A stretch of 26,083 nt of DNA from positions 1 to 26,083 of the forward strand of contig CAKKRA010000101.1 in assembly GCA_919902475.1 (NCBI GenBank). The letters are read 5' to 3'. Both the position numbers and the translations under genes were made by a program. Below are positions 25,644 through 26,083 of this stretch, piece by piece (within the stretch, counting starts at the first letter, position 1; the number at the start of each line of letters is the position of its first letter). The notes beneath the pieces were generated by a model. That model saw only the letters and a program-made list of their open reading frames with translations. It did no database searches and had not been told where the DNA came from. Source of the stretch: Nitrospiria bacterium. Lineage in GTDB: Bacteria; Nitrospirota; CAKKRA01; 9FT-COMBO-42-15.

Positions 25644-26083
25644 TTAAAAGAATTCTTTTACCCAGCCCTTCATCTTGCTAAAGACATTGTTAAATGACGC
25701 CTTGTCAGCAAACTTCTTGACATCTTTCTTTTCATGGTCCTTTACTGCATAGAGGATAAGGCCCACGCCTGTAGCAAACATCGGATTGCTCACCATATCA
25801 ACCAATCCGCCGATATTTGACGGCATACCGCGGCGCACAGGCATATCCATAATCCTTTCTGCCACCTCTGTCATGCCCTCCATTATTGATGCGCCTCCTG
25901 TAATTACTGCGCCTGATGCGACAAGATCTTCATAACCTGTCTTTTTAAGCTCCCTCTGAACAAGGCTGAATATCTCCTCTGCCCTCGGCTCAATTATCTC
26001 TGAAAGGACCTGCCGCGAAACAACCCTCGGAGGCCTTCCTCCAACACTCGGCACCTCTATGGTCTCATTCTCCTTTACTATTG
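25644..26083 (-). CDS. ftsA: Cell division protein FtsA, C-terminal part (5'-truncated by window edge)
   Basis: Frame open to the window end (IVKENETIEVPSVGGR...); IIEPRAEEIF, GAVITGGAS, VRRGMP, ATGVGL, C-terminal MKGWVKEFF amphipathic helix. Confidence 0.96.
   Translation of the reverse strand, partial: IVKENETIEVPSVGGRPPRVVSRQVLSEIIEPRAEEIFSLVQRELKKTGYEDLVASGAVITGGASIMEGMTEVAERIMDMPVRRGMPSNIGGLVDMVSNPMFATGVGLILYAVKDHEKKDVKKFADKASFNNVFSKMKGWVKEFF

Overview
Bacterial chromosomal DNA, roughly 40% GC by eye. The omega subunit sequence, the yicC-remA-gmk-rpoZ-coaBC block and the ftsA-ftsZ-radical SAM-pgeF-yggS-proC-yggT-divIVA-yggU block suggest Nitrospirota or a related Desulfobacterota-like lineage (inference). 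Between the two housekeeping blocks lie yhaM, a pgsA-like gene, rimO and a signalling cluster. That cluster holds a GAFx3-PAS-DHp protein with no kinase catalytic domain, a REC-GAF-HD-GYP protein, an exported rhodanese plus a long MCP, and a PAS kinase/NtrC-type pair, with two sigma54 -24/-12 promoters. I saw no tRNA, rRNA, CRISPR array or transposase. The most unusual content is non-coding. First, the 5213-5600 intergenic region carries a DnaA-box cluster and two NrdR-like boxes, and is an oriC-like candidate away from dnaA. Second, five families of small palindromic or tandem repeats are present; one is an 84-bp conserved core closed by different, copy-specific inverted repeats, and three have entered coding sequences (rimO, proC, yggU). 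Third, candidate tandem enhancer sites sit inside the 3' end of the sigma54 activator gene, upstream of the rhodanese-MCP unit. All family assignments come from motif recognition by eye; no searches were run.
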